A stretch of DNA of 64,000 bases, from the IMG/VR virus record IMGVR_UViG_3300045988_067909. One strand, given 5' to 3'. A program made the translations under genes and the position numbers. Shown here piece by piece: positions 10,154 through 19,346 of this stretch. The DNA is from a virus. Numbering within the stretch: the first letter of the stretch is position 1; each line of letters begins with the position of its first letter. A model generated the notes under the pieces. That model saw only the letters and a list, made by a program, of their open reading frames with translations. It was not told the DNA's origin and searched no databases.

Positions 10154-10477
10154 ATGGACTTACTAGAGTTTTCATCTAAATTTATTATGGGAGAAACAGA
10201 TGCATTATCTACATTTTGTCGTCTATTTACCGAGAATAATATCTTATACTTTATGCTAGCACCATATGGATGTCTTGGTAATAAAATTGTCAAGTCTGAC
10301 TTATGTGAAGATAGTGTAGCAGTTACTATATTTGGTAATAAATCAAATATTAATGCGTTTAAAAGCATTGAAACAGATTACAATGGGAAGGTAATAAATC
10401 GCCATAACACGAATATTGCAATTTCCTGTGTATGTCATAAGCCAACTGAAATACAAATGGTTTTCAGTAGAGTTTAG
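10154..10477 (+). CDS. Small Cys-containing protein (107 aa) downstream of the radical SAM gene
   Basis: SD GGAGA 5 nt upstream of the ATG; 6 Cys including a CVC pair. Confidence 0.5.
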   Translation: MDLLEFSSKFIMGETDALSTFCRLFTENNILYFMLAPYGCLGNKIVKSDLCEDSVAVTIFGNKSNINAFKSIETDYNGKVINRHNTNIAISCVCHKPTEIQMVFSRV

Positions 10478-10487
10478 ATGTGTAAAT

Positions 10488-10516
10488 TCCCATAGTCCAC
10501 ATATAGGACTATGGGA
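10488..10516 (+). terminator. Hairpin TCCCATAGTCC-acatat-AGGACTATGGGA
   Basis: 11-12 bp perfect stem after the 107-aa gene; the first ATG of the next ORF lies inside it. Confidence 0.45.
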
Positions 10517-10552
10517 TTTCTACATATTAATAACTACGGAGGTTATAAAAAT

Positions 10553-12232
10553 ATGGCAGATAAACTTAGAGGAGATCATTTAGAGGTCTCTTTATTAGAT
10601 ATGGATGACTTCGTAAAGAAGAATAATCTACAACCTATAACGAATCCTATATTTTTTGATGTGAATGGTAATCCAACTGATGATGGATTACTATCTAATA
10701 TCATCTTTGGTATTACTAAGCAAACACGTGCTGGTACTTTTGCTTATATTGATTTACATGGTAGATTCTTAGCACCATTGGTATACAAGATCTGGGGTAA
10801 GATTGATCGTAAACTAAAAGAAATTGTTAAAGGTACTAAGTTCTTTAAAATAGATTCGGATGGTCAATTTGTTGAAGATGAGAATGGTGAAACTGGTTTA
10901 GACTTCTTATATAAGAATATAGACAAGGTTAAGTTTAGAGAGACTGGTTCTACTAAACGTAGTCGTTTTATTAAGTTCTTAGAACGTAACCGTAAGAACT
11001 TCTTCATTACTAAACTATTAATCATTCCACCATACTATCGTGACGTTAAAAGTGATGGTGGTAAAGTCTCAGTTGGTGATATTAATAAGCTATACCAAAA
11101 CGTATTAGTATCAGCTAAGTCTTTAGAAGAATCTAAATACTATGGTATTAATATCGGTGATGCTAATAAGGGACGTATACAAGACTTACTATTAGAAATC
11201 TATAACTGGTTTGGCTCTGGTACAGAGTCTAATCCTAATGGTGGTATTCCTGGTAAGTTTGGTGTATTACGTCGTACTAATATTAGTAAGACTACAGACT
11301 ATGCTACACGTTTAGTTATGTCTTCTCCAAATCTTAAAGTTGAAAATCTTGAAGATATCGAAGCTAACTTAGAATACTCAGTATTACCAATGACTTCAGC
11401 TGCAGCTAACTTCTTCCCATTTGTATTATTCCATATGAGAAGATTCTTTGAAGAGCAATTTGCTGGACGTACAGTATACGAATGTATTGGTTCCAAGGGT
11501 GAAGTCTTATATCCTAGAATAGATGATTGGCAAACGTATTTCAATGATCTAGTTCTTAAGAAAGAGTTAGACCGTTTCATTCATGGTTATTCTGATAGAT
11601 TTAGACCAATAGAAGCACCTATTAGTTCTAAAGAGATGGAACGTATTGGTTATAAGGGTAAAACTTTATACATGAAATTTAAAGCACGTTTTAAACGAGT
11701 TGAAGATATTGCTGAAGATAAAGATTCTGGTGTAGCAAAAGAGCTTCAACGTAAACTAACTTGGTGTGATGTAATCTTTATGGCTGCTACAGAAGCTATA
11801 AAAGATAAAATGATTCTTATATCACGTTTCCCTATAGATACATTCTATAACCAGTTCTCTACTAAATGTAAATTATCATCTACTATTGAAACTGAAAGTA
11901 TAGAATTTGATGGTAAGTTCTATAAGAACTATCCTAAGATTCGTGATGAATACATTGGCACTAATACTGCAAATAAGTTTATTGATACAATGAATATCTG
12001 TAATGCTTATTTGGAATCTATTGGTGGTGACTATGATGGTGATATGGTAACCATCAAAGGCATATTCACAGATGAAGCTAACGCTGAACTTAAAAAGCAA
12101 CTAGAGTCTAATGTCCATTTTATTGACTTAGGTTGTAAAGCAGTAATAGCTAATACTAACGAATGTATCCAAGCATTGTTCTCTTTAACTATGACATTAG
12201 ATGGGGATGTACTTACTGACCCTAAATTTTAA
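10553..12232 (+). CDS. Multisubunit RNA polymerase beta-prime subunit, N-terminal half (split gene)
   Basis: GGDYDGDMV matches the NADFDGD catalytic Mg site. PTDDGLLSNIIFG resembles E. coli PERDGLFCARIFG. AYIDLHGRFLAPLVYKIW resembles GHIELASPTAHIWF. Start moved to the internal ATG with GGAGG 10 nt upstream; the first ATG lies inside the preceding hairpin. Confidence 0.75.
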   Translation: MADKLRGDHLEVSLLDMDDFVKKNNLQPITNPIFFDVNGNPTDDGLLSNIIFGITKQTRAGTFAYIDLHGRFLAPLVYKIWGKIDRKLKEIVKGTKFFKIDSDGQFVEDENGETGLDFLYKNIDKVKFRETGSTKRSRFIKFLERNRKNFFITKLLIIPPYYRDVKSDGGKVSVGDINKLYQNVLVSAKSLEESKYYGINIGDANKGRIQDLLLEIYNWFGSGTESNPNGGIPGKFGVLRRTNISKTTDYATRLVMSSPNLKVENLEDIEANLEYSVLPMTSAAANFFPFVLFHMRRFFEEQFAGRTVYECIGSKGEVLYPRIDDWQTYFNDLVLKKELDRFIHGYSDRFRPIEAPISSKEMERIGYKGKTLYMKFKARFKRVEDIAEDKDSGVAKELQRKLTWCDVIFMAATEAIKDKMILISRFPIDTFYNQFSTKCKLSSTIETESIEFDGKFYKNYPKIRDEYIGTNTANKFIDTMNICNAYLESIGGDYDGDMVTIKGIFTDEANAELKKQLESNVHFIDLGCKAVIANTNECIQALFSLTMTLDGDVLTDPKF

Positions 12233-12242
12233 CAAAAGAAAT

Positions 12243-12269
12243 CCCAGTATAGTCAATGACTATACTGGG
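12243..12269. terminator. Bidirectional hairpin CCCAGTATAGTCA-a-TGACTATACTGGG between convergent genes
   Basis: 13-bp perfect stem, A-rich on the left and T-rich on the right. Confidence 0.55.
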
Positions 12270-12275
12270 TATATT

Positions 12276-12635
12276 TTACATTCTTTTACGTTTATTGCCA
12301 TTGAGTAATCCATTAATTTGTGTAATAGTAGTCTTCTGTACATTAATAGCTTTGAAGTATTCTTTATTGATTTCTTCAAACTCTTTACTTCTAGGGTCTA
12401 GTATATTCATAAAATTACGGAATAACCCAACAAACGTCACTTTTGCAGAATATCGTTGGTTTTTAAACCAAGCAGATGTTTTAGCTGATTGATATACATT
12501 CATAAGATATTCAAGTTTTTCAAACTTATTATCTTGGCAAGCTTTCCATCCCTCATTTATAGTCTGAGCATATTCAAACTTGCCACAGTCTGCAATGAAA
12601 TATATCAAATCGTCTATTCTAGATAAATTTGCCAT
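12276..12635 (-). CDS. Hypothetical protein (119 aa)
   Basis: ORF downstream of and co-oriented with the polymerase fragment. Confidence 0.5.
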   Translation of the reverse strand: MANLSRIDDLIYFIADCGKFEYAQTINEGWKACQDNKFEKLEYLMNVYQSAKTSAWFKNQRYSAKVTFVGLFRNFMNILDPRSKEFEEINKEYFKAINVQKTTITQINGLLNGNKRKRM

Positions 12636-12650
12636 GCAACACAGTTCCCT

Positions 12651-14714
12651 TTAAATAGTTATAATATTAGTATAGTTTACATTTTCCTTTTCGAATCTAG
12701 TTATACCAATAGACTCTAATGGGAAGTTCTTGATATTGGTATTGATGATTTCAAAATAATCAGCATAGTCTAATACCCAGCTTGGTAAGTGTTCATCTGC
12801 TGGTACTGCAACGGCAAGTATCTCTCCCTTATACGTTGCTCTATTATTATCAAAGAACTTAATAAGTCTTTCATATACCGCAGGATTAGACTGCTGTAAT
12901 TCACCAATGTTTTTCTCTCTAATATTAACTTTAAGTATCTCTAAATAGTTTCTGCTATCTAAATCTATTGGTTCAGTACCCTCATCACGAATAGCTTCAT
13001 TATACGCAATAGCTGCTTTAATACCTTGTATTCTCATAGGGTCTGCATATGAAGATATAGATTTTACAGATACTGGTTTGTAATAGTCTTTCTCTCCAGA
13101 CTTGATACTATCATGGATATTTTTTTCAATCTTAGCTAGTAAACCAATAACTTCTAATTGGTCTACTTCAGGTTTAAGTAATACTTTCTCTCTAAGTATT
13201 CCTTGAAGCTCATCTTTAATACTGTCTTTAAATACAGACTTATTGATAGGAAGACCTTTAATATCCATTTGCTTATTCTTAGGTACTATATTACCCTCTT
13301 GAAGCTCTTGGATTGTAGCGTAGTTCTTCTTAGCTGGTGTAAGTAATGCACGTTTAAATAAGAACTCATTCTTCATGTCAATAAGACATACCTTGTATGG
13401 TGTCAAAGTATTATACTGCTCAGCAATAAGATGGAAATGAGATTTAAGAATCTTACTTACGATATAGCATAAGATATTTACACTGGAAATGCGTACTGCA
13501 TCATAACCCTCGGTAATCTTAGTCTCTTCTTCCACTTCTTCGATTTCATCAGTATAGAAGTTGTATAACTCTTTTCTCTCTTTAGTTACAACTTCCTTGA
13601 GGTCATTGACTAATGTACAATCATGGTCTACTAAGATATTATCTACAAGATGAATCCATTTATCTGTACTAATTACAGAAGAATCTGTATCTGTAAGTAA
13701 TACGATATCCCTAGTCATAGTAGAGCATCTTTCAAACTTATCAGATACAATGTATCTCATATAACACCATTCCATAAATATAGTTGTAAGTTTATTTAGA
13801 CTTTCAACTATATTCTCTGGTGGTTCATTAGGGTTCATAAATGGTTCATTAATACCACTAAAGATATTCTTAATTAAGTCTTGTACGTGAGATGAATCAA
13901 CTACAAGTCTATATAAGTTATTCTTATAGTATATCTTATTAAGTACTTCTTGAGATTGATACATCAAGATATTCCAAATGATATCACTATACTTACTGAA
14001 ATGCTCTTCTGTATCATTAACCCATACGCCACAAGACTCTATAACTTTCTTATAGACTTCTTCTATAGGTATATCTCTAGACAACTCTAGTTCTCTACTA
14101 TAGATATGAGATGGTTCTTTAATAATCCTATTCAAGAATACTACAGCTTCATCTATATTCTGGAACTTAAGATTATTAGTGAAGATTTGTTCAAATAAAC
14201 TAATAGCATGAGTAATAAGCATACGACCTGTAGCTGTAGTCCCTACTGCAACGTATAAGTTATATGATGCTGATGCTGGTGAACCAATATCACCATATGT
14301 AGCATTACCATCACGTTTAGCTAATAGCTGTAATAGATTATACTTATTAAATTCATCTGAACCCTTAGGGAATTCAAACATCTTCTTCTTATAAGCTTTA
14401 CGTTTAGTTACATAAGACTCTAATAGTCTGTAGAATGGTGTAAACCCCTCTTCGTGTTGTTTAAACAAACACCCATTAGGAACTAAGATAGGTTTATCTG
14501 TCTCTATCTTATTAACTAAATCAGTTAACTGTAAGTCAACTACAATATCTTTATAGTTATTATCTATACGTACATCTGGATTATTAAACTTCCGTTCAAT
14601 AGCATCTTCAATGAAGAACTGTATTTCATCTATAGTCAATGTCGGGAACTGCATACGTAATAACGTAGTCATTTCCTCTTTGTATTTCTTAATCACATTC
14701 AAATCTAGTTTCAT
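12651..14714 (-). CDS. Family B DNA polymerase, C-terminal catalytic fragment (motifs B, C, KKRY; no exonuclease or motif A)
   Basis: GFTPFYRLLESYVTKRKAYKKKM followed by LLAKRDGNATYG (Kx3NSxYG-like), then LLTDTDSSV (motif C DTDS), then PAKKNYATI (KKRY-like). No DxxSLYPS or Exo motifs in the ORF. Confidence 0.7.
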   Translation of the reverse strand: MKLDLNVIKKYKEEMTTLLRMQFPTLTIDEIQFFIEDAIERKFNNPDVRIDNNYKDIVVDLQLTDLVNKIETDKPILVPNGCLFKQHEEGFTPFYRLLESYVTKRKAYKKKMFEFPKGSDEFNKYNLLQLLAKRDGNATYGDIGSPASASYNLYVAVGTTATGRMLITHAISLFEQIFTNNLKFQNIDEAVVFLNRIIKEPSHIYSRELELSRDIPIEEVYKKVIESCGVWVNDTEEHFSKYSDIIWNILMYQSQEVLNKIYYKNNLYRLVVDSSHVQDLIKNIFSGINEPFMNPNEPPENIVESLNKLTTIFMEWCYMRYIVSDKFERCSTMTRDIVLLTDTDSSVISTDKWIHLVDNILVDHDCTLVNDLKEVVTKERKELYNFYTDEIEEVEEETKITEGYDAVRISSVNILCYIVSKILKSHFHLIAEQYNTLTPYKVCLIDMKNEFLFKRALLTPAKKNYATIQELQEGNIVPKNKQMDIKGLPINKSVFKDSIKDELQGILREKVLLKPEVDQLEVIGLLAKIEKNIHDSIKSGEKDYYKPVSVKSISSYADPMRIQGIKAAIAYNEAIRDEGTEPIDLDSRNYLEILKVNIREKNIGELQQSNPAVYERLIKFFDNNRATYKGEILAVAVPADEHLPSWVLDYADYFEIINTNIKNFPLESIGITRFEKENVNYTNIITI

Positions 14715-14886
14715 AGCTCATACCTCCTGGTTAGTTTGGTGTTTTAAGCTATGTATTTTTGTATTTTTAAACCAGATTGCTAGCTATAGCTATAACAATA
14801 CAGTAATCGTGGTTACCAAAACCATATAAATCCAAGAAAAATATTTTTCTTTTAAATCAATTCTTAATATTAAGGAGGATTATCTC

Positions 14887-15324
14887 ATGTTTTTTGATGA
14901 CGACATTATGTTAGAAGACGCTCCTGTACTTGAAGATACAGCACAAAGCGTAGTTGAAGCTACTGCAGCATCTTACTTGTACACTGAGCTTGCTAAATTG
15001 GATGACGAAGCTCGTAAAGAATTCGTTGAATCCGCTGAAGCTGAAGCTTTATTGGAAAAAGCAGTTCTTAACAAAAAGACTATGGTTCGTTTGTCCCGTC
15101 AAGATGATATGGCTCGCCGTGTAAAAATCGCTGCTTATCAATTGGCTAAAGACAAAAAAGATCCATTATGGACTAAATTGGTTCTTAACCGTGTTAAAGA
15201 ACGTCAACTTATTGCTAAGATTGTTCAAAAATACCACAATGCAGCAGTTAAACTTGCTAAAGTTGGTCAACGTGAATTCATCAAATCCGCATCCAAAGTT
15301 AAAGCATTACCTAATAAAAAATAA
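14887..15324 (+). CDS. Small abundant protein (145 aa) with an N-terminal acidic leader
   Basis: SD AAGGAGG; highly-expressed-type codon usage; followed by a strong terminator. Confidence 0.65.
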   Translation: MFFDDDIMLEDAPVLEDTAQSVVEATAASYLYTELAKLDDEARKEFVESAEAEALLEKAVLNKKTMVRLSRQDDMARRVKIAAYQLAKDKKDPLWTKLVLNRVKERQLIAKIVQKYHNAAVKLAKVGQREFIKSASKVKALPNKK

Positions 15325-15335
15325 TCACAAAGTAT

Positions 15336-15362
15336 CCACTATAGGGCACTGCCCTATAGTGG
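15336..15362 (+). terminator. Hairpin CCACTATAGGG-cactg-CCCTATAGTGG plus TATTTTG
   Basis: 11-bp perfect stem directly after the stop of the 145-aa gene. Confidence 0.6.
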
Positions 15363-15458
15363 GTATTTTGCCTATAAAAATCAACAACGTTCCGGACATA
15401 TAAATGTATATTATAGTAGTAGTAATATACATGGTTTATTTTATAAGGAGGAGCGTTT

Positions 15459-17585
15459 ATGAATAACCTAGCTAATTACGGTATCTATGCTGACTATGTC
15501 TTAGGTAAAGATATAGTCATAGACGTAGAAAAAATTAATATATATAATTGGGAATCTCACTACCAAAGCATTCTAAATATCCTGAAAGATATGATTGAAT
15601 CTGAATTAGTGAGAACTAAAAAGATTGGTGTACGGATTGGTGGTAAAGTTATTAAACTCACATTCGCACACTATATGATTAATATGATCTTCTGGAATAT
15701 CATCGTTAAAGTCGGTGATACTATTAAACCAGAACACTTATTCTTCGATAACTGTATTCCTGGTAGAGCTATCGAAAGCTATATTAATAAACTTATCATT
15801 GGTCCATATAGAGAAATTATTCCATTGAAGACTTTGAATCAAGCTATTGCTGATATGATATTCAATATTAGTTTCGTGGACCAATTTGCACCATTCTTCG
15901 TTAATAGTGTAAACTTACATGACGAAGTTATGATGCTTAAGAATATTCCTGAATATAGAAACCTTATCTATCCTAACTTAGATGAGGTAACTTTATCTGA
16001 ATCTAAGTCTTATGGTAATAAGTTAATTGATAAGATTCAGGATTATGTAAAGAACTCTAAGAAGTATATTGGATATGACCATATCTATGCTAATGCTTTT
16101 AGAGCAAAAGAAACTATCAACCTTAAACAGTTGAGAGAGTTTATGGGATTCATTGGCGCTAAGCCAGATGGTGAGGGTGGTGTATATCCATACATTATCT
16201 CCAATAGCTTTATTACTGGTGGTGTAAATAATAATGTATCCTATTTCATTGAATCTGCTGGTGGACGTATTGCCCAAATCTTAGCTAAAGATAACGTTGG
16301 TGATGCAGGTTACTTTGCACGTCTTCTTGGTCTATTAGCTCAAGAAAGTTATCTCCATGAAGATAAGAACTTCAAATGTGATACTCAAAACTTAATACCT
16401 ATTACGTTTGATAATAAAGTCTTCTTCGATAAGTATATAGACAGATGGTGTCGTCTAGAGCCTAATGGTTTTGATGTACTTATTACTGAAGATAGTTGGA
16501 AAGACCTCAAGGGTAAAACTGTATATCTATATAGTCCAGCTACATGTGCATCTGCTGTACATGGTCATGGTATTTGCTATCGTTGTTATGGTAAGTTAGC
16601 TCATACTAATAATAATATCAATATCGGTAAATTCGCTGCAGAACTTATCAGTAGAGAGTTTACTCAAGTACTATTATCAGCTAAGCATCTTCTTGAAGTT
16701 AAGCTTCAAACTATTGAATGGCCTGCTAAGTTCCAAAAGTACTTTACTATCTTTGATAACCGTATTCTTCCTAAAGAAGAAGTAGATTTATCTAAAGTCA
16801 AGATTCGTATCTATAAAGATAGTATCTCTGAAGATACTACAGATGAAGAATACGATTCTATCCGTGAAGAACGTGAAGATACTGATATCTTAAATGAATA
16901 TATCGATAAGTTCATGATCATCGATGAAGATGGCGGTGAAGAAATCGATATAGACCATGTATCCAAGTTCTATCTTGGTGATATCTTTGGTAGAATGGTT
17001 AACTCTAGTATTCCTGATGATGATAGTGAGTATTTCGATGTACGATTACATGTGGCTAAGAAGAATGCTAAACCATTATTGAATGAAGAAACTCCATTAT
17101 TCTTTATGCGTATTCAAAATAACGAATTAGCTAAAACAATGGAACAAGCTCAACGTATTATCAATATTGCAAGTATAACTCCTAAGTTTACATTACCTGA
17201 AATCATTACTAAGTTTAACGCTACCATCATCGAGGGTGGTCTTAATGTAATGAGTGTACATACTGAAGTTATCATTGCTAACTTAGTTAGAGCGGCTGAT
17301 GATATTATGGGTAAACCTGATTGGTCTTATCCTGAAGCCAAGTATCAATTACTTGCATTAAGCACAGCATTGAGAGAAAATCCATCATTGATTATCTCTT
17401 TAGCTTATGAACGTATTAAAGATACATTGAAGAACCCTAATACATTCTTAAAAGAAACCCCATCTTCTATAGATTACTATTACATGCTTAATCCTCAAGA
17501 GTTCTTAAACCAAGAAGCTAGAGACTTGTCTATAGATGATACTAAGAAAGAAGTCAAGAGCATGTTTGTTAAAGTTGAAGACTAA
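15459..17585 (+). CDS. Multisubunit RNA polymerase beta-prime subunit, C-terminal half (bridge-helix region)
   Basis: SAGGRIAQILAKDNVGDAGYFARLLGLLAQE resembles the E. coli beta-prime bridge helix [38 protein letters not shown]. Confidence 0.65.
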   Translation: MNNLANYGIYADYVLGKDIVIDVEKINIYNWESHYQSILNILKDMIESELVRTKKIGVRIGGKVIKLTFAHYMINMIFWNIIVKVGDTIKPEHLFFDNCIPGRAIESYINKLIIGPYREIIPLKTLNQAIADMIFNISFVDQFAPFFVNSVNLHDEVMMLKNIPEYRNLIYPNLDEVTLSESKSYGNKLIDKIQDYVKNSKKYIGYDHIYANAFRAKETINLKQLREFMGFIGAKPDGEGGVYPYIISNSFITGGVNNNVSYFIESAGGRIAQILAKDNVGDAGYFARLLGLLAQESYLHEDKNFKCDTQNLIPITFDNKVFFDKYIDRWCRLEPNGFDVLITEDSWKDLKGKTVYLYSPATCASAVHGHGICYRCYGKLAHTNNNINIGKFAAELISREFTQVLLSAKHLLEVKLQTIEWPAKFQKYFTIFDNRILPKEEVDLSKVKIRIYKDSISEDTTDEEYDSIREEREDTDILNEYIDKFMIIDEDGGEEIDIDHVSKFYLGDIFGRMVNSSIPDDDSEYFDVRLHVAKKNAKPLLNEETPLFFMRIQNNELAKTMEQAQRIINIASITPKFTLPEIITKFNATIIEGGLNVMSVHTEVIIANLVRAADDIMGKPDWSYPEAKYQLLALSTALRENPSLIISLAYERIKDTLKNPNTFLKETPSSIDYYYMLNPQEFLNQEARDLSIDDTKKEVKSMFVKVED

Positions 17586-17592
17586 AGAAACT

Positions 17593-17623
17593 ATACAGTA
17601 TGGGAGCTATTCCCATACTGTAT
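17593..17623 (+). terminator. Hairpin ATACAGTATGGGA-gct-ATTCCCATACTGTAT
   Basis: 13-14 bp stem after the beta-prime C-terminal gene. Confidence 0.5.
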
Positions 17624-17642
17624 TCTCTTTAAAGGAGGTATT

Positions 17643-19223
17643 ATGAGAGCTATAATACGAAATACCTGTATAGTAGTTACTGATTATACTCCAGGTAAAG
17701 TACCTGGGTTAGAAAAGTACTTTACTATCTTCGATCCTTTGACTCATACATATAAATACGTAGGAGTTAGGTTTGACGAAGAGAAGAAACTTATGTATCT
17801 CCCTAGAGGGGTTGATACAGGATTTATAGCTAGAACTTTAGGTGTAGAAATGGAACGTGAGTACAATAGTGATCCATATGAGCAGACTACTATGACCACT
17901 ATTAAGTATATGCCTAGAGATGATGTACAAAAAGAGGCTTTAAGATTCATTCTAGCTAAGGGTGAATACATGGCCAATAGTAATAGGACACAGTTATCGG
18001 TAAACTTAAATACTGGTGCTGGTAAAACCTATGTAACTATAGCAGCTATGGCATATTGGAATATAAAGATATGCGTAATTGCCTCAAATAAGGCATGGTT
18101 AGAACAGTGGCAAAACTGTGTAGCAGAATATACCAATACCGACATTAGGGAGGTACTGATAATCACTGGTGCAGCTGCTATACACAAGATTCTTAAAGGA
18201 TTTACCGACCTATCTAAGTATAAAGCATTCATGGTAACTCATTCTACACTAAAGAACTTTGGTGAACGATTTGGATGGGATTCTATAGGTGAACTATTCA
18301 AGAAGCTTAATGTATATATGAAAGTATTCGATGAAGCACATCTTAACTTTGAGAATATTGCTAGTATAGACTATGCTACAAATACAAAGAAGACTTTATA
18401 TCTTACAGCTACACCTATACGGAGTAATAGTGATGAGAATACTATCTATAAACTATACTTTAAGAATGTACCTAAGATAGACTTGTTTGATGCTGATAAT
18501 GATCCACATACAAGATACCATGCTATACTGTATAATAGCAGACCGACTCCACAGATGAGAGCTAACTGTTATAATTACATGTATGGCTTAGACCGTAATA
18601 AATATATGAACTCATTAGTCAATACTGAAGAGTTTAGAAAGATTATGCTTGTTATGATGGATAAGATTCTTCGTATAGGCGGTAAAGTCTTAGTATATAT
18701 TGGGACTAACCAAGCTATTGAAGAGATTAAAGTCTGGATAGAAGAGAACTATCCAGAGTATCGTGGTGATGTGGGTATATTTACATCCACATATACACAA
18801 GCAGAGAAGCAAGTTGCACTATCTAAGACTATCATTCTCTCTACAACTAAGTCAGCTGGCGCTGCTTTAGATATACGTGGTCTTAAGGCTACATTTGTAT
18901 TAAATGAACCATTTAAGTCTGAAGTATTAGCTAGACAAACCCTAGGCAGAACTAGAAATGATGATACTGACTATATTGAGTTTGTAGATACAGGATTTAC
19001 ATCTACTAGACAGTATTATAGAGCTAAGAAACCTATATTTAAGAAATATGCTTCAGATTGTAAAGAAATCCAACTAGATTTCAATACATTGAATAATAAA
19101 GCTGAAGAACTTGAGTTAATTCGTGAGAATGTAAAAGCTCAATATGAAGCAAAACGTATGTTTATAGACTATCGAGATACATTCGATATAAATAGCGTAT
19201 ATAAGAAAGATAAAGACAAATAA
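17643..19223 (+). CDS. Superfamily 2 DEAH-box helicase (526 aa)
   Basis: NTGAGKT (Walker A), VFDEAHLNF (motif II), LTATP (motif III), TLGRTRN (motif VI). Confidence 0.75.
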   Translation: MRAIIRNTCIVVTDYTPGKVPGLEKYFTIFDPLTHTYKYVGVRFDEEKKLMYLPRGVDTGFIARTLGVEMEREYNSDPYEQTTMTTIKYMPRDDVQKEALRFILAKGEYMANSNRTQLSVNLNTGAGKTYVTIAAMAYWNIKICVIASNKAWLEQWQNCVAEYTNTDIREVLIITGAAAIHKILKGFTDLSKYKAFMVTHSTLKNFGERFGWDSIGELFKKLNVYMKVFDEAHLNFENIASIDYATNTKKTLYLTATPIRSNSDENTIYKLYFKNVPKIDLFDADNDPHTRYHAILYNSRPTPQMRANCYNYMYGLDRNKYMNSLVNTEEFRKIMLVMMDKILRIGGKVLVYIGTNQAIEEIKVWIEENYPEYRGDVGIFTSTYTQAEKQVALSKTIILSTTKSAGAALDIRGLKATFVLNEPFKSEVLARQTLGRTRNDDTDYIEFVDTGFTSTRQYYRAKKPIFKKYASDCKEIQLDFNTLNNKAEELELIRENVKAQYEAKRMFIDYRDTFDINSVYKKDKDK

Positions 19224-19228
19224 AGGAT

Positions 19229-19255
19229 TCCGATATAGGCAATGCCTATATCGGA
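19229..19255 (+). terminator. Terminator hairpin TCCGATATAGG-caatg-CCTATATCGGA plus TTTTTG (TATAGGCAATGCCTATA family)
   Basis: 11-bp perfect stem, same loop and inner stem as 32-58. Confidence 0.65.
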
Positions 19256-19346
19256 TTTTTGTTATCTAAGACTTTTTCAATTGTATACTATATTGGTAAT
19301 AGTGATTATGTATATTTATTTTAATTTCCACAAGGAGGGACCTATC

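Noticed and set aside
10511-10552. Upstream start of the beta-prime N-terminal gene (MGFLHINNYGGYKN)
   Set aside because: This ATG lies within the 10488-10516 hairpin stem, whereas GGAGG precedes the ATG at 10553.
19242-19346. Upstream extension of the 19347 gene (MPISDFCYLRL...)
   Set aside because: Its ATG is the loop of the terminator hairpin 19229-19255, there is no SD, and a strong SD precedes the internal ATG.
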